30,057 bases of DNA. Origin: Chloroflexota bacterium (lineage in GTDB: Bacteria; Chloroflexota; Dehalococcoidia; Lucifugimonadales; UBA3495). How positions within the stretch are numbered: the stretch's first letter is position 1; each line of letters opens with the position of its first letter. The stretch lies in contig JAQBVF010000035.1 in the NCBI GenBank assembly GCA_027623675.1, positions 1 through 30,057 of the forward strand, in the 5' to 3' direction. The notes under the pieces are model-generated. The model did not search any database and was not told the DNA's origin. It was given only the letters and a program-made list of their open reading frames with translations. Of this stretch, positions 9,172 to 16,581 are shown piece after piece. The translations under genes and the position numbers were made by a program.

Positions 9172-10824
9172 TTAGCGGCCTCCGCTGGCGGCAGCTCCGC
9201 CACCACGGGCTCCGCCTCTGGCCCCACCACCACGGGCTCCGCCTCTGGCCCCACCGCCACGAGCGCCACCACGGGCCGCGCCACCGCCGCCTCTGCGGCG
9301 CCGGCCGCCGCGGCTGCCGCCACGGAACTCTTCGACGATGTCTTCGGCGAACCGAATCTTGCCTGCATCAGGAATCAAGGACGGCAGAGTGGCAAGTTCT
9401 CCCTCGTCCTCGGTGTATTCTTCATCGTCCTCATCGTCATCCGAGTCATCGGAGACGTCGACATCGTCCAGGGTGAAGGCGTCAAGGTCTTCAACGCTGA
9501 GGCCCTCAGCAGCGGCAGGCTCGGCCACGCCAGCTTCCTGAGTTTCCTCATCAAGCATCAAAGCTTCGAGGATGCTGTCTTCGTCAATCTCTTCAGCGGG
9601 CGCCTCGACCGACGCGTCAGCCGTGACGGCTGTCTCAGGCGCGGGTTCGGATGTGGCGGCCGCCTTTTCGACGATGGCTATGGCTTCTTCAACGGCCTCG
9701 GCTACTTCCTCGGTCGTGGCTTCAGTCTCGCTGGCCGCCGCGGCCGCGGCCCCAGCCCGGGCTTGAGTCCTTTCCTTGATCTCTTCCCACTCGGTCATGC
9801 CCTTGATGTCCAGCCTCCAGCCGGTCAGACGGGCGGCCAGCCGGGTGTTCTGGCCCTCTTTGCCGATGGCCAAGGAGAGTTGCCGGTCAGGGACCACCAC
9901 GATGGCCGTCTGTTCCTGCTCTAGAAGCTCCACATGGACGGGTTCCGAGGGGCTGAGGGCGTTGGTGATGAACGCCCTGGAATCTTCGTCCCAAGAGACG
10001 ATGTCTATCTTCTCGCCTTGGAGTTCGTTCACTATGCTTTGTATCCGGTTGCCGCGGATACCGATACAGGACCCGACGGGGTCGATCCCCGGCTGGGTCG
10101 CGGTCACAGCTACCTTGCTGCGGAATCCGGCTTCGCGGGCGATGGCCTTAATCTCGACCACGCCGTTGTAGACCTCTGGCACCTCGATCTCGAACAGGCG
10201 TTTGAGCATGTTCTTGTGGCTGCGGGAGACCAGAATCTCCGGGCCCTTGGGCGTGCTTCTAACGCTGACCAAGTAGACCTTGGCCCGTTGGCCCTTGCGG
10301 TAACGCTCCGTGGGCGCTTGTTCCTCGACCGGGAGGACGGCCTGAGCGCGGCCAAGATCCAGGGTGATGGTCCGGCCGGGTTCGGCTTGTTCTATCACGC
10401 CGGAGACGATGTCGCCCTCATGCTGTTGGAACTCTTGGTAAAGGAGGTCTCGCTCGGCCTCACGCAGGCGCTGCAATACCACCTGCTTGGCGGTCTGCGC
10501 GGCGATACGGCTGGCGTTGTGGGGCAGAGGCTCGGCGGCCGCCACCTCGTCGCCCAGCACCGCACCCTTTTTGATGGATTGGGCTTCGGCTACGGTGACC
10601 TCTTTGTCTCGGTCCTCGACCGTTTCAACCACGGTTTTCAGAGCAAAAACGCTCACTTCCCCGGTGTTGGGATTGAGGGTGACCGATATATTTTGGCCCG
10701 ATGCCGGGTTGTCTTTCTTAAAAGCTGACGCCAATGCGACCTCAATCGCGCCGAGCACTTGCTCACGCGGTAGGTGCCGTTCGGCCACCAACTGGGTCAA
10801 TGCAATCAGAAAATCGCTTTTCAT
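9172..10824 (-). CDS. nusA: transcription termination/antitermination factor NusA with long acidic and RGG-rich tail
   Basis: RIAAQTAKQVVLQRLREAER, S1 domain, KH motifs (AREAGFRSKVAV, DPVGSCIGIRGNRI, LSLAIGKEGQNTRLAARLTGW). Confidence 0.97.
   Translation of the reverse strand: MKSDFLIALTQLVAERHLPREQVLGAIEVALASAFKKDNPASGQNISVTLNPNTGEVSVFALKTVVETVEDRDKEVTVAEAQSIKKGAVLGDEVAAAEPLPHNASRIAAQTAKQVVLQRLREAERDLLYQEFQQHEGDIVSGVIEQAEPGRTITLDLGRAQAVLPVEEQAPTERYRKGQRAKVYLVSVRSTPKGPEILVSRSHKNMLKRLFEIEVPEVYNGVVEIKAIAREAGFRSKVAVTATQPGIDPVGSCIGIRGNRIQSIVNELQGEKIDIVSWDEDSRAFITNALSPSEPVHVELLEQEQTAIVVVPDRQLSLAIGKEGQNTRLAARLTGWRLDIKGMTEWEEIKERTQARAGAAAAAASETEATTEEVAEAVEEAIAIVEKAAATSEPAPETAVTADASVEAPAEEIDEDSILEALMLDEETQEAGVAEPAAAEGLSVEDLDAFTLDDVDVSDDSDDDEDDEEYTEDEGELATLPSLIPDAGKIRFAEDIVEEFRGGSRGGRRRRGGGGAARGGARGGGARGGARGGGARGGARGGGAAASGGR
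9200..9253. repeat. two exact 27-bp tandem repeats in the nusA 3' end
   Basis: CCACCACGGGCTCCGCCTCTGGCCCCA at 9200-9226 and 9227-9253, encoding Gly/Ala/Arg repeats. Confidence 0.9.
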
Positions 10825-10874
10825 TTGTTCGCACCCCTCCCGAATCCCGGACGGAAAACGTAGTTTCCATCAGC

Positions 10875-10900
10875 AAGAAAGCGGGTCACACCCCGCTCTC
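10875..10900 (-). promoter_or_regulatory. rimP-leader-like hairpin upstream of nusA
   Basis: Minus strand GAGAGCGGG-GTGTGA-CCCGCTTTCTT, a GGG/CCC stem with a U-rich tail at the head of the nusA-infB operon. Confidence 0.6.
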
Positions 10901-10923
10901 ATAGGAAGGAAATATTTAGAGCC

Positions 10924-10953
10924 AGTATAGCATCGCCAAGGCTGATGATTCAA
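10924..10953 (-). promoter_or_regulatory. promoter of the nusA operon
   Basis: Minus strand TTGAAT, 18 nt, TATACT, with the extended -10 TG. Confidence 0.6.
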
Positions 10954-11085
10954 GTTGGGTCAAGCTCTTGGGCCGCTTCCGGCGCCGCCATTGTCGTGCC
11001 TGGAGGGCATGCTTTCCACGACGTCCAACGGCCCGGGGGCCGCCTTATGGTTCACCCCGCGCCGCCAAGTCCAAGTTTTAGGCAT

Positions 11086-11115
11086 GAAAAAGCCTGGCGG
11101 TTGCCAGGCTTTTTC
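11086..11115 (-). terminator. intrinsic terminator after cysM
   Basis: GAAAAAGCCTGGC-ggtt-GCCAGGCTTTTTC perfect stem with T tracts on both strands. Confidence 0.85.
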
Positions 11116-11157
11116 GATGAATCAGCGAAGAAATTGTCGATTGCAACTAGGCTGTGG

Positions 11158-12108
11158 TTACCACCAGATCTTGCCCTTGGCGTCTTTGGCCAGTTGCTCG
11201 TAGTCCTTGGTCCAGAGGGCTGTGCTCAGATACTTCCAGCCTCCGTCGGCCAGGAGGCACACGATGTCGCCTTCGTCCATGCGCTCCGCCTGTCGGATGG
11301 CCCCGTAGACGACGGAACCTGACGATACGCCGGCGAATATGCCCTCTTCCGCCAAAAGCCGCTTGGTGGTGGAGAAGGCGTCGAAGCTGCTGACCAGCAT
11401 CCGCGAGTCCAGCAGGTTGATGTCTAGTATGGGTGGGATGAACCCCTCTTCCAGACTGCGGAGTCCGGAGATGAAGTCATCAGGCTCCGGCGCGACGGCC
11501 ACCACCTTGACTTCGGGGTTGTGCTCTTTCAGACGGCGGCCCACGCCCATCAGGGTGCCGCCGGTGCCCAAGCCCGCAACAAACATCTTCACATCGGGCA
11601 GTGACTCTATGATCTCCGGGCCGGTGGTGTCGTAGTGGGCGTCGGGGTTGCCGCTGTTGCCGTACTGGTACAGCATGAAATAATCGCTGCCGCGCTTGTC
11701 TACCAGGTCCTGCGCGACTTCGATGGAGCCGTTGGTGCCCCGGGTGCCGTCGGATGGTATGATCTCCGCCCCGTAGGCCTCAAGCAGCTGCACCCGCTCC
11801 ACGCTCACGTTCTCCGGCATGACCACGGCGACCTTGTAGCCTTTTAGACGGCCGATCATCGCCAGAGATATGCCGGTGTTGCCGCTGGTGGGCTCCAAGA
11901 TGGTGCGGTTGGGGGATATCTCGCCGTCCCGTTCCGCCCGCTCAATCATCTTGAGGGCGATGCGGTCCTTGACGCTGCCGGTTGGGTTGTTCCCTTCCAA
12001 CTTGGCAAAGATGCGCACGCCCTCTTTGGGACTCATGCGCTGCAGTTGAACGACCGGTGTGTTGCCGATCGTGTCGATTATGCCTTTGTAGGTGAGCCTA
12101 GTAACCAT
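11158..12108 (-). CDS. cysM: PLP-dependent cysteine synthase, CysM-like (probably the sulfur-carrier-dependent type)
   Basis: KLEGNNPTGSVKDR (PLP Lys), EPTSGNTGI, GLGTGGT. The C-terminus ADGGWKYLST...GKIWW resembles actinobacterial CysM. Start at ATG 12108, with 12144 as an alternative. Confidence 0.85.
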   Translation of the reverse strand: MVTRLTYKGIIDTIGNTPVVQLQRMSPKEGVRIFAKLEGNNPTGSVKDRIALKMIERAERDGEISPNRTILEPTSGNTGISLAMIGRLKGYKVAVVMPENVSVERVQLLEAYGAEIIPSDGTRGTNGSIEVAQDLVDKRGSDYFMLYQYGNSGNPDAHYDTTGPEIIESLPDVKMFVAGLGTGGTLMGVGRRLKEHNPEVKVVAVAPEPDDFISGLRSLEEGFIPPILDINLLDSRMLVSSFDAFSTTKRLLAEEGIFAGVSSGSVVYGAIRQAERMDEGDIVCLLADGGWKYLSTALWTKDYEQLAKDAKGKIWW

Positions 12109-12173
12109 ATAGCCTGTATGTGTCTTAGGAATTACCTGGGCCAAGGTCCATCGTTAAACCCGATAGGTGCGTA

Positions 12174-12205
12174 AAAGGGGTGTCCGACGGTTCGGACACC
12201 CCTTT
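12174..12205 (-). terminator. strong hairpin between moeB and cysM (partial terminator or RNA-stability element)
   Basis: AAAGGGGTGTCCGA-cggt-TCGGACACCCCTTT, with only a short U tract on the minus strand. Confidence 0.55.
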
Positions 12206-12213
12206 GATCTAGC

Positions 12214-13059
12214 TTAGTCCGACCCAACGGCCGCCGCTTCGTGGGGTTCGGCGATGCCGCAGAATACTTCGTAATCGATCAACTCCGTCACGGTGGGGTT
12301 GTCACCGCACAACGGGCAGTCGGGGTTCTTCTTGAGTCTCACTTCCCGGAAGGTCATGCTCAGCGCGTCGATGAGCAACAGCCGCGAGCTGAGGGACTCG
12401 CCGATGCCCAAGAAATATTTGAGGGCTTCGGTGGCCTGGATGCTGCCGACCAATCCAGTCAAGGCGCCCAGCACGCCGGCCTCGGCGCAGTTGGGGACCA
12501 TGCCAGGAGGCGGAGGCGAGGGGAACAGGCAGCGGTAGCAGCCCTCTCCGGGCAGGAACACGGTGGCCTGGCCGTCGAAGATCAGGATGCTGCCGTCAAC
12601 CAGGGGTTTCTTCAGCAGGTAGCAGGCGTCGTTCACCAGATACCGGGTGGCGAAGTTGTCGGCGCCGTTGATCACCAGGTCGTATTGGCCGATGATCTCC
12701 ATGGCGTTGTCGGACTCCAAACGGGTCTCGTGGACTACCACGTTCACGTCTGGGTTGTAGGCCTTGATGTTGTCGATGGCGGACTGGACCTTGGGCCGGC
12801 CCACGTCGGCGGTGTGGTGCAGGACCTGGCGCTGGAGGTTCGACAGCTCAACCACGTCGAAGTCAACGATTCCGACGGTGCCAACTCCGGCCAATGCCAG
12901 GTAGATGGCGGAAGGGGAACCGAGCCCCCCGGCGCCGATGATCAGGGCCTTGGCGCCCATGAGTGCGCGCTGACCCTTGCTCCCCACATCGCCCATGATG
13001 ATGTGGCGGCTGTATCGCTTTACTTGATCTGGTGTGAGCGTTAGGGGCTGATCGGCCAT
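12214..13059 (-). CDS. moeB: MoeB/ThiF-family sulfur-carrier adenylyltransferase
   Basis: RYSRH, GAGGLGSP, DFDVVELSNLQRQ, DNFATRYLVNDAC, CYRC and CPLC Zn sites, active-site NCAEAGVLG. No rhodanese domain. AGGAGG RBS. Confidence 0.92.
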   Translation of the reverse strand: MADQPLTLTPDQVKRYSRHIIMGDVGSKGQRALMGAKALIIGAGGLGSPSAIYLALAGVGTVGIVDFDVVELSNLQRQVLHHTADVGRPKVQSAIDNIKAYNPDVNVVVHETRLESDNAMEIIGQYDLVINGADNFATRYLVNDACYLLKKPLVDGSILIFDGQATVFLPGEGCYRCLFPSPPPPGMVPNCAEAGVLGALTGLVGSIQATEALKYFLGIGESLSSRLLLIDALSMTFREVRLKKNPDCPLCGDNPTVTELIDYEVFCGIAEPHEAAAVGSD

Positions 13060-13205
13060 GGGTTGAACCCTCCTATTTTTCCCGGTGCTGCCGGACTATG
13101 CGTTTGGACCTGGCATCTTGCCCGATATGTTTGGTCTGATACCTTTTGCCTGGTTACTTGGATGTCCCTGAAGCCTGTTGGATGCTAACGAACATGGCTC
13201 AGAAT

Positions 13206-13259
13206 AAAAAAACCCGCGCTTACCCATATTCGGTTGCTCAAAACGGGTGGGCGCAGGCT
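13206..13259 (-). terminator. attenuator terminator hairpin in the moeB leader
   Basis: Minus strand AGCCTGCGCCCACCCGT...ATGGGTAAGCGCGGGTT followed by TTTTT (U7 in total), about 150 nt before the moeB start. Confidence 0.75.
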
Positions 13260-13285
13260 TCAGATATACAGAAATGTAGCCCGCC

Positions 13286-13357
13286 CTATGTGGGCGGACA
13301 CGTACAGGAGCAAGTTAGTTGAGATTGGCTATTCGGCCAGTTTTTGAACGTAATCAT
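13286..13357 (-). CDS. putative Cys-rich attenuator leader peptide (23 aa)
   Basis: Hand-translated: MITFKNWPNSQSQLTCSCTCPPT*. ATG is 10 nt after the -10 box. Three Cys codons precede alternative hairpins. Confidence 0.65.
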   Translation of the reverse strand: MITFKNWPNSQSQLTCSCTCPPT

Positions 13358-13396
13358 TGACTAATCGAGTCTATAGCTGCCGATAAATGTTGTCAA
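13357..13396 (-). promoter_or_regulatory. promoter of the leader-moeB-cysM unit with an overlapping IscR/Rrf2-like operator
   Basis: Minus strand TTGACA (13391-13396), 17 nt, TAGACT (13368-13373). The dyad TTGACT-AATCG-AGTCTA (13357-13373) covers -10 and +1. Confidence 0.72.
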
Positions 13397-13402
13397 GCTA
13401 AC

Positions 13403-14863
13403 TGTGGTAGACCAGAGAAAATGACACCCCTTAACAGTTCAGTGAAAATGTCACCCTATGGAAAAGGAGACAGTGTCATTGAACGGGAAGGAACAGCAGA
13501 GGGCAAAGGTGTTGAACCAGATGGAGCGGGGAGGCCTAACGGGGGAGGAGGCTGCCGGGCTCATGGGTCTGTCGGTGCGGCAGGTCCGGAGGTTGCTGGC
13601 GGCCTACAGGCAGGAGGGAGTTGCTGCCCTATCCCACGGCAATCGCGGCCGCGCGCCGGTCCACCGGATTCCAGAACACCTCAGAGAGCAGGCGGTAGCT
13701 TTGGCCCGGGGCCTTTACCAAGGTCTGAACCACCACCACCTGCAGGAGGTCTTAGCGGAGCGGGAGGAGCTGACCCTGAGCCGGTCCTCCCTGTGGCGCA
13801 TCCTCACCGAGGCAAAGGTGCCCAGCCCGAAGCGGCGCCGCCGTGCCCAACACCGGCACCGGAGGGAGCGCTACCCCCAAGAGGGGATGCTGCTCCAGGT
13901 GGACGGCAGCCGTCACGACTGGCTGGAGGGGCGGGGTCCCTACCTTACGTTGGTCGGGGCCATCGATGACGCCACGGGCACGGTTCCCCACGCCTTGTTC
14001 CGGGAACAGGAGGACGCCCAAGGCTACTTGCTGCTGCTGCGGGAGATTATCGGAAGCAAAGGCATACCCTTGGCCCTCTACAGCGACCGGCACAGCATCT
14101 TCCAGGTCAACCCCAAGCAGGGGGAGACCCTGGAGGAGCAGTTGGCTGGAGAACGTCAACCCACCCAGGTGGGCCGGGCCATGAATGAGTTGGGCATTCA
14201 GTCCATCGTGGCCCTCTCCCCCCAAGCCAAGGGCCGGGTGGAAAGGCTGTGGGGCACCTTCCAAGACCGACTGGTCAGTGAGCTGCGCCTGGCTGGAGCT
14301 GCCACGCTGGAGGAGGCCAACCAGGTGCTTTGGGACTTCCTGCCCCGGTTCGACGCTCGCTTCGCCGTGCCGCCTTCCCAGCCAGGCACCGCCTACCGGC
14401 GGCTGGAGCCTGGGATTAGCCTGGAAGGGGTGCTCTGCTTCAAGTACCAGCGTACCGTGGCCAAGGACAATACGGTGAGATTGGGAGAGCACACCCTGCA
14501 GATCTTGGCCGGAACCGGCCGGTCAAGCTACGCCCGGGCTCGGGTGGAGGTCCAAGAACGGCAGGATGGCAGCGTGGCGGTGACGTATCAGGGCCGAGTG
14601 ATCGCCAGCAGAGAAGCTCCGCCCCTTCCCTCCGCGCTCAGGGCTCGAAAGGGGGCTTGGAGGGAAGAGGCAAGGGCTGATGTTGCCCCCAACTCCGCGT
14701 TGGTCCCCGGCAGGGACGGCACTCCGGAGAGCGGGGCTGTGGTATCGGGACAAGAGCATCAACCGCACCCTCGAAAACCCAGCCCCAACCACCCCTGGAG
14801 GAGATCCCTGGTGGTGACAAAATCACAGAACTATTAGGGTGACATATTGACTGAACTACCACA
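13403..14863 (+). mobile_element. intact insertion sequence, ISNCY/IS1202-type, 1461 bp, 6-bp target-site duplication GCTAAC
   Basis: Ends TGTGGTAG...CTACCACA. Each end has two copies of an AGTTCAGTGAAAATGTCACCCT-like repeat. GCTAAC occurs at 13397-13402 and 14864-14869. Confidence 0.92.
13458..14837 (+). CDS. DDE transposase (ISNCY/IS1202 type)
   Basis: N-terminal HTH, then LLQVDGSRHDWLEGRG, AIDDATG, LYSDRHSIF, SPQAKGRVERLWGTFQDRL. Confidence 0.93.
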   Translation: MEKETVSLNGKEQQRAKVLNQMERGGLTGEEAAGLMGLSVRQVRRLLAAYRQEGVAALSHGNRGRAPVHRIPEHLREQAVALARGLYQGLNHHHLQEVLAEREELTLSRSSLWRILTEAKVPSPKRRRRAQHRHRRERYPQEGMLLQVDGSRHDWLEGRGPYLTLVGAIDDATGTVPHALFREQEDAQGYLLLLREIIGSKGIPLALYSDRHSIFQVNPKQGETLEEQLAGERQPTQVGRAMNELGIQSIVALSPQAKGRVERLWGTFQDRLVSELRLAGAATLEEANQVLWDFLPRFDARFAVPPSQPGTAYRRLEPGISLEGVLCFKYQRTVAKDNTVRLGEHTLQILAGTGRSSYARARVEVQERQDGSVAVTYQGRVIASREAPPLPSALRARKGAWREEARADVAPNSALVPGRDGTPESGAVVSGQEHQPHPRKPSPNHPWRRSLVVTKSQNY

Positions 14864-14926
14864 GCTAACTCAGGCGTGAAATGGTCTTCGTGCGCGCCGG
14901 TCCTGGGCGCTGGCCTGGCCACGGAG

Positions 14927-15364
14927 CTATAGCGGCAGCGCCTCCTGTCCGGCCAGACTGGACTGGCGTTCGGCCAGGTCGGCCACGGTGATATTGCTGA
15001 GCACGTCGCGGATCGACGCTTCCACCGTCTTCCACACCTCTTGCTGGGCGCAGGTGTGGGAGAACACACAATCGTGGGGGTTGATGAGGCAATCCAACGG
15101 CGAATTGCTGCTGTCCAGACGCTCCATCACCATGTTGAGGTCGATATCTTTGGGGTCGATGGCCAGGGCGTGTCCCCCCTGAGGTCCCCTGCGGCTATTG
15201 ACGAAGCCGAACTTGTTCAGAGAAGTCATCAGCTGGTCCAGGTAGGCTTCGGGGATGCCCTGTTTGGAGGCAATCGTCGCCGTTTGGACGTGGCCGTCAC
15301 CGTAGCGAAGAGCCAGTTCCACCAGCGCTCGCACCCCATAGTCCACTTTCATGGGGATCTTCAT
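14927..15364 (-). CDS. Rrf2-family transcriptional regulator (IscR/CymR-like, three Cys)
   Basis: ATG after GGAGGT. DYGVRALVELA, YLDQL, SRRGPQGGHAL, and a C-X6-C-X5-C putative Fe-S ligand set. Confidence 0.92.
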   Translation of the reverse strand: MKIPMKVDYGVRALVELALRYGDGHVQTATIASKQGIPEAYLDQLMTSLNKFGFVNSRRGPQGGHALAIDPKDIDLNMVMERLDSSNSPLDCLINPHDCVFSHTCAQQEVWKTVEASIRDVLSNITVADLAERQSSLAGQEALPL

Positions 15365-15398
15365 CAGGACGTACCTCCAGGCTGGTAAGCCAATATGA

Positions 15399-15454
15399 AT
15401 TATACACCAGGCCATCCCGGATTCCAAGATTGTCTACCAAGGTAGTCAACAATC
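15399..15454 (-). promoter_or_regulatory. rrf2 promoter with adjacent dyad operator
   Basis: Minus strand TTGGAA, 17 nt, TATAAT (15399-15427). The imperfect dyad GATTGTCTACC-AAGGT-AGTCAACAATC (15428-15454) abuts the -35. Confidence 0.65.
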
Positions 15455-15531
15455 ATGCCGGAATCCGGGGATTGGACTTGGCTTTTGAATGATTCCGGGA
15501 AAGCTTGGGAAAGCACCGGTGAGCAGTGGAA

Positions 15532-15948
15532 TCAGCTTCGGGGTTGGATCACCATATAGGTGCCCAGGCCCTGAGCGATGAGTCTGCCGTCCTGGTCCTT
15601 GACCTCCACCTCACCCACCATTATGGTGCGTCCGGGGCTGACGATCTTGGCGGTGGCGGTCAGTTCGCCCCTTTCGGCGGGGGCTAGGAAGTTGACCTTG
15701 ATCTCGATGGTGGTGGTCATCTCACCGGGCTTGAGCAGTGGCTTGACCGCCCGGAAGAAGGCGTAGTCGGCCAGGGCGACCACGATCCCTCCCTGGACCC
15801 GGCCGGCCTGCTGGAGGTGGCCTGGATTGATGGGCATGGTCACAACGCTGGAGCCATCGTCGGGGTCGGCTACCCGCATGTCCAACAACTCAGCGAACGG
15901 AGATTCGTGAACGTAGCCCCTGGGATCGGATGTTGAATCGGTGGCCAA
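15532..15948 (-). CDS. PaaI-family hotdog thioesterase
   Basis: GRVQGGIVVALADYA, TTIEIKVNFLAP, GRTIMVGEVEV...GRLIAQG. Confidence 0.88.
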   Translation of the reverse strand: MATDSTSDPRGYVHESPFAELLDMRVADPDDGSSVVTMPINPGHLQQAGRVQGGIVVALADYAFFRAVKPLLKPGEMTTTIEIKVNFLAPAERGELTATAKIVSPGRTIMVGEVEVKDQDGRLIAQGLGTYMVIQPRS

Positions 15949-16190
15949 TGGGATTCCTCGTTCGTCGGGGTCCGGGACTGGATTCCACGTACAGTATAAC
16001 GCCCTGCCCCACGGCTGGCTTGTGCGTGATCGACGTGGCGAGTCTATAATGATTGCTGAAATCGTTTGTGGGAACTTTGTTGGCCCGTCCGGCGGGCACC
16101 GCTTCCCACGGGCATCACACCAGGAGCATCACAGGTGAAACGCGGTAACACATTGCTCACATTCAGGACCCCACCGAGAGTGTCCAAATC

Positions 16191-16532
16191 ATGATTAAGG
16201 GCGTTTTCGTCGGATTCGCGATCATGATCGTGTTGGCCCTGGTTCCCATAGTGCATATCATCGGGATCCCGTTCGGCCCGTTCATCGGTGGATACTATGG
16301 AATCTCGGCAACCAGCGGCAATCAGGACCCGCCCGGTAAGAAGGCGCTGATGTTCTGCCTGTGGACCGGCGGTCTGATGTTCGTGGTCCTGGCAACCTCT
16401 GCCGCCATCGTAACCAAGGTCACCGATATCCAGCTGCTTCTATTGTGGGGCGGAGTTTGGGTGTTCACGTTCTACTATGGGACCATGGCCGGATTAGGGG
16501 CCTGGTACGCGGAGATCAAGGCCAAGGGCTGA
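16191..16532 (+). CDS. small integral membrane protein of unknown function
   Basis: 113 aa, about four hydrophobic segments, GPFIGGYYG motif. First gene of a co-directional cluster. Confidence 0.75.
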   Translation: MIKGVFVGFAIMIVLALVPIVHIIGIPFGPFIGGYYGISATSGNQDPPGKKALMFCLWTGGLMFVVLATSAAIVTKVTDIQLLLLWGGVWVFTFYYGTMAGLGAWYAEIKAKG

Positions 16533-16581
16533 CCCGTCCTGGATACGTCATTGGCGGTAAGGCACAAACAGGGGCCGGCCC

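Noticed and set aside
9200..9300. Tandem repeats as a possible CRISPR array, also considered for 27992-28033
   Set aside because: No unique spacers and no cas genes. The nusA repeats are in-frame coding repeats.
13060..13285. SAM, Moco or T-box riboswitch in the moeB leader
   Set aside because: No consensus for these was found. The leader-peptide attenuator explains the terminator better.
13376..13403. Weak dif/xrs resemblance at the IS target (GCTGCCGATAA-ATGTTG-TCAAGCTAACT), noted because some IS1202-family elements insert near Xer sites
   Set aside because: The XerD-like arm lacks TTATG, the sequence is explained by the promoter, and the insertion falls inside rather than beside the putative site.
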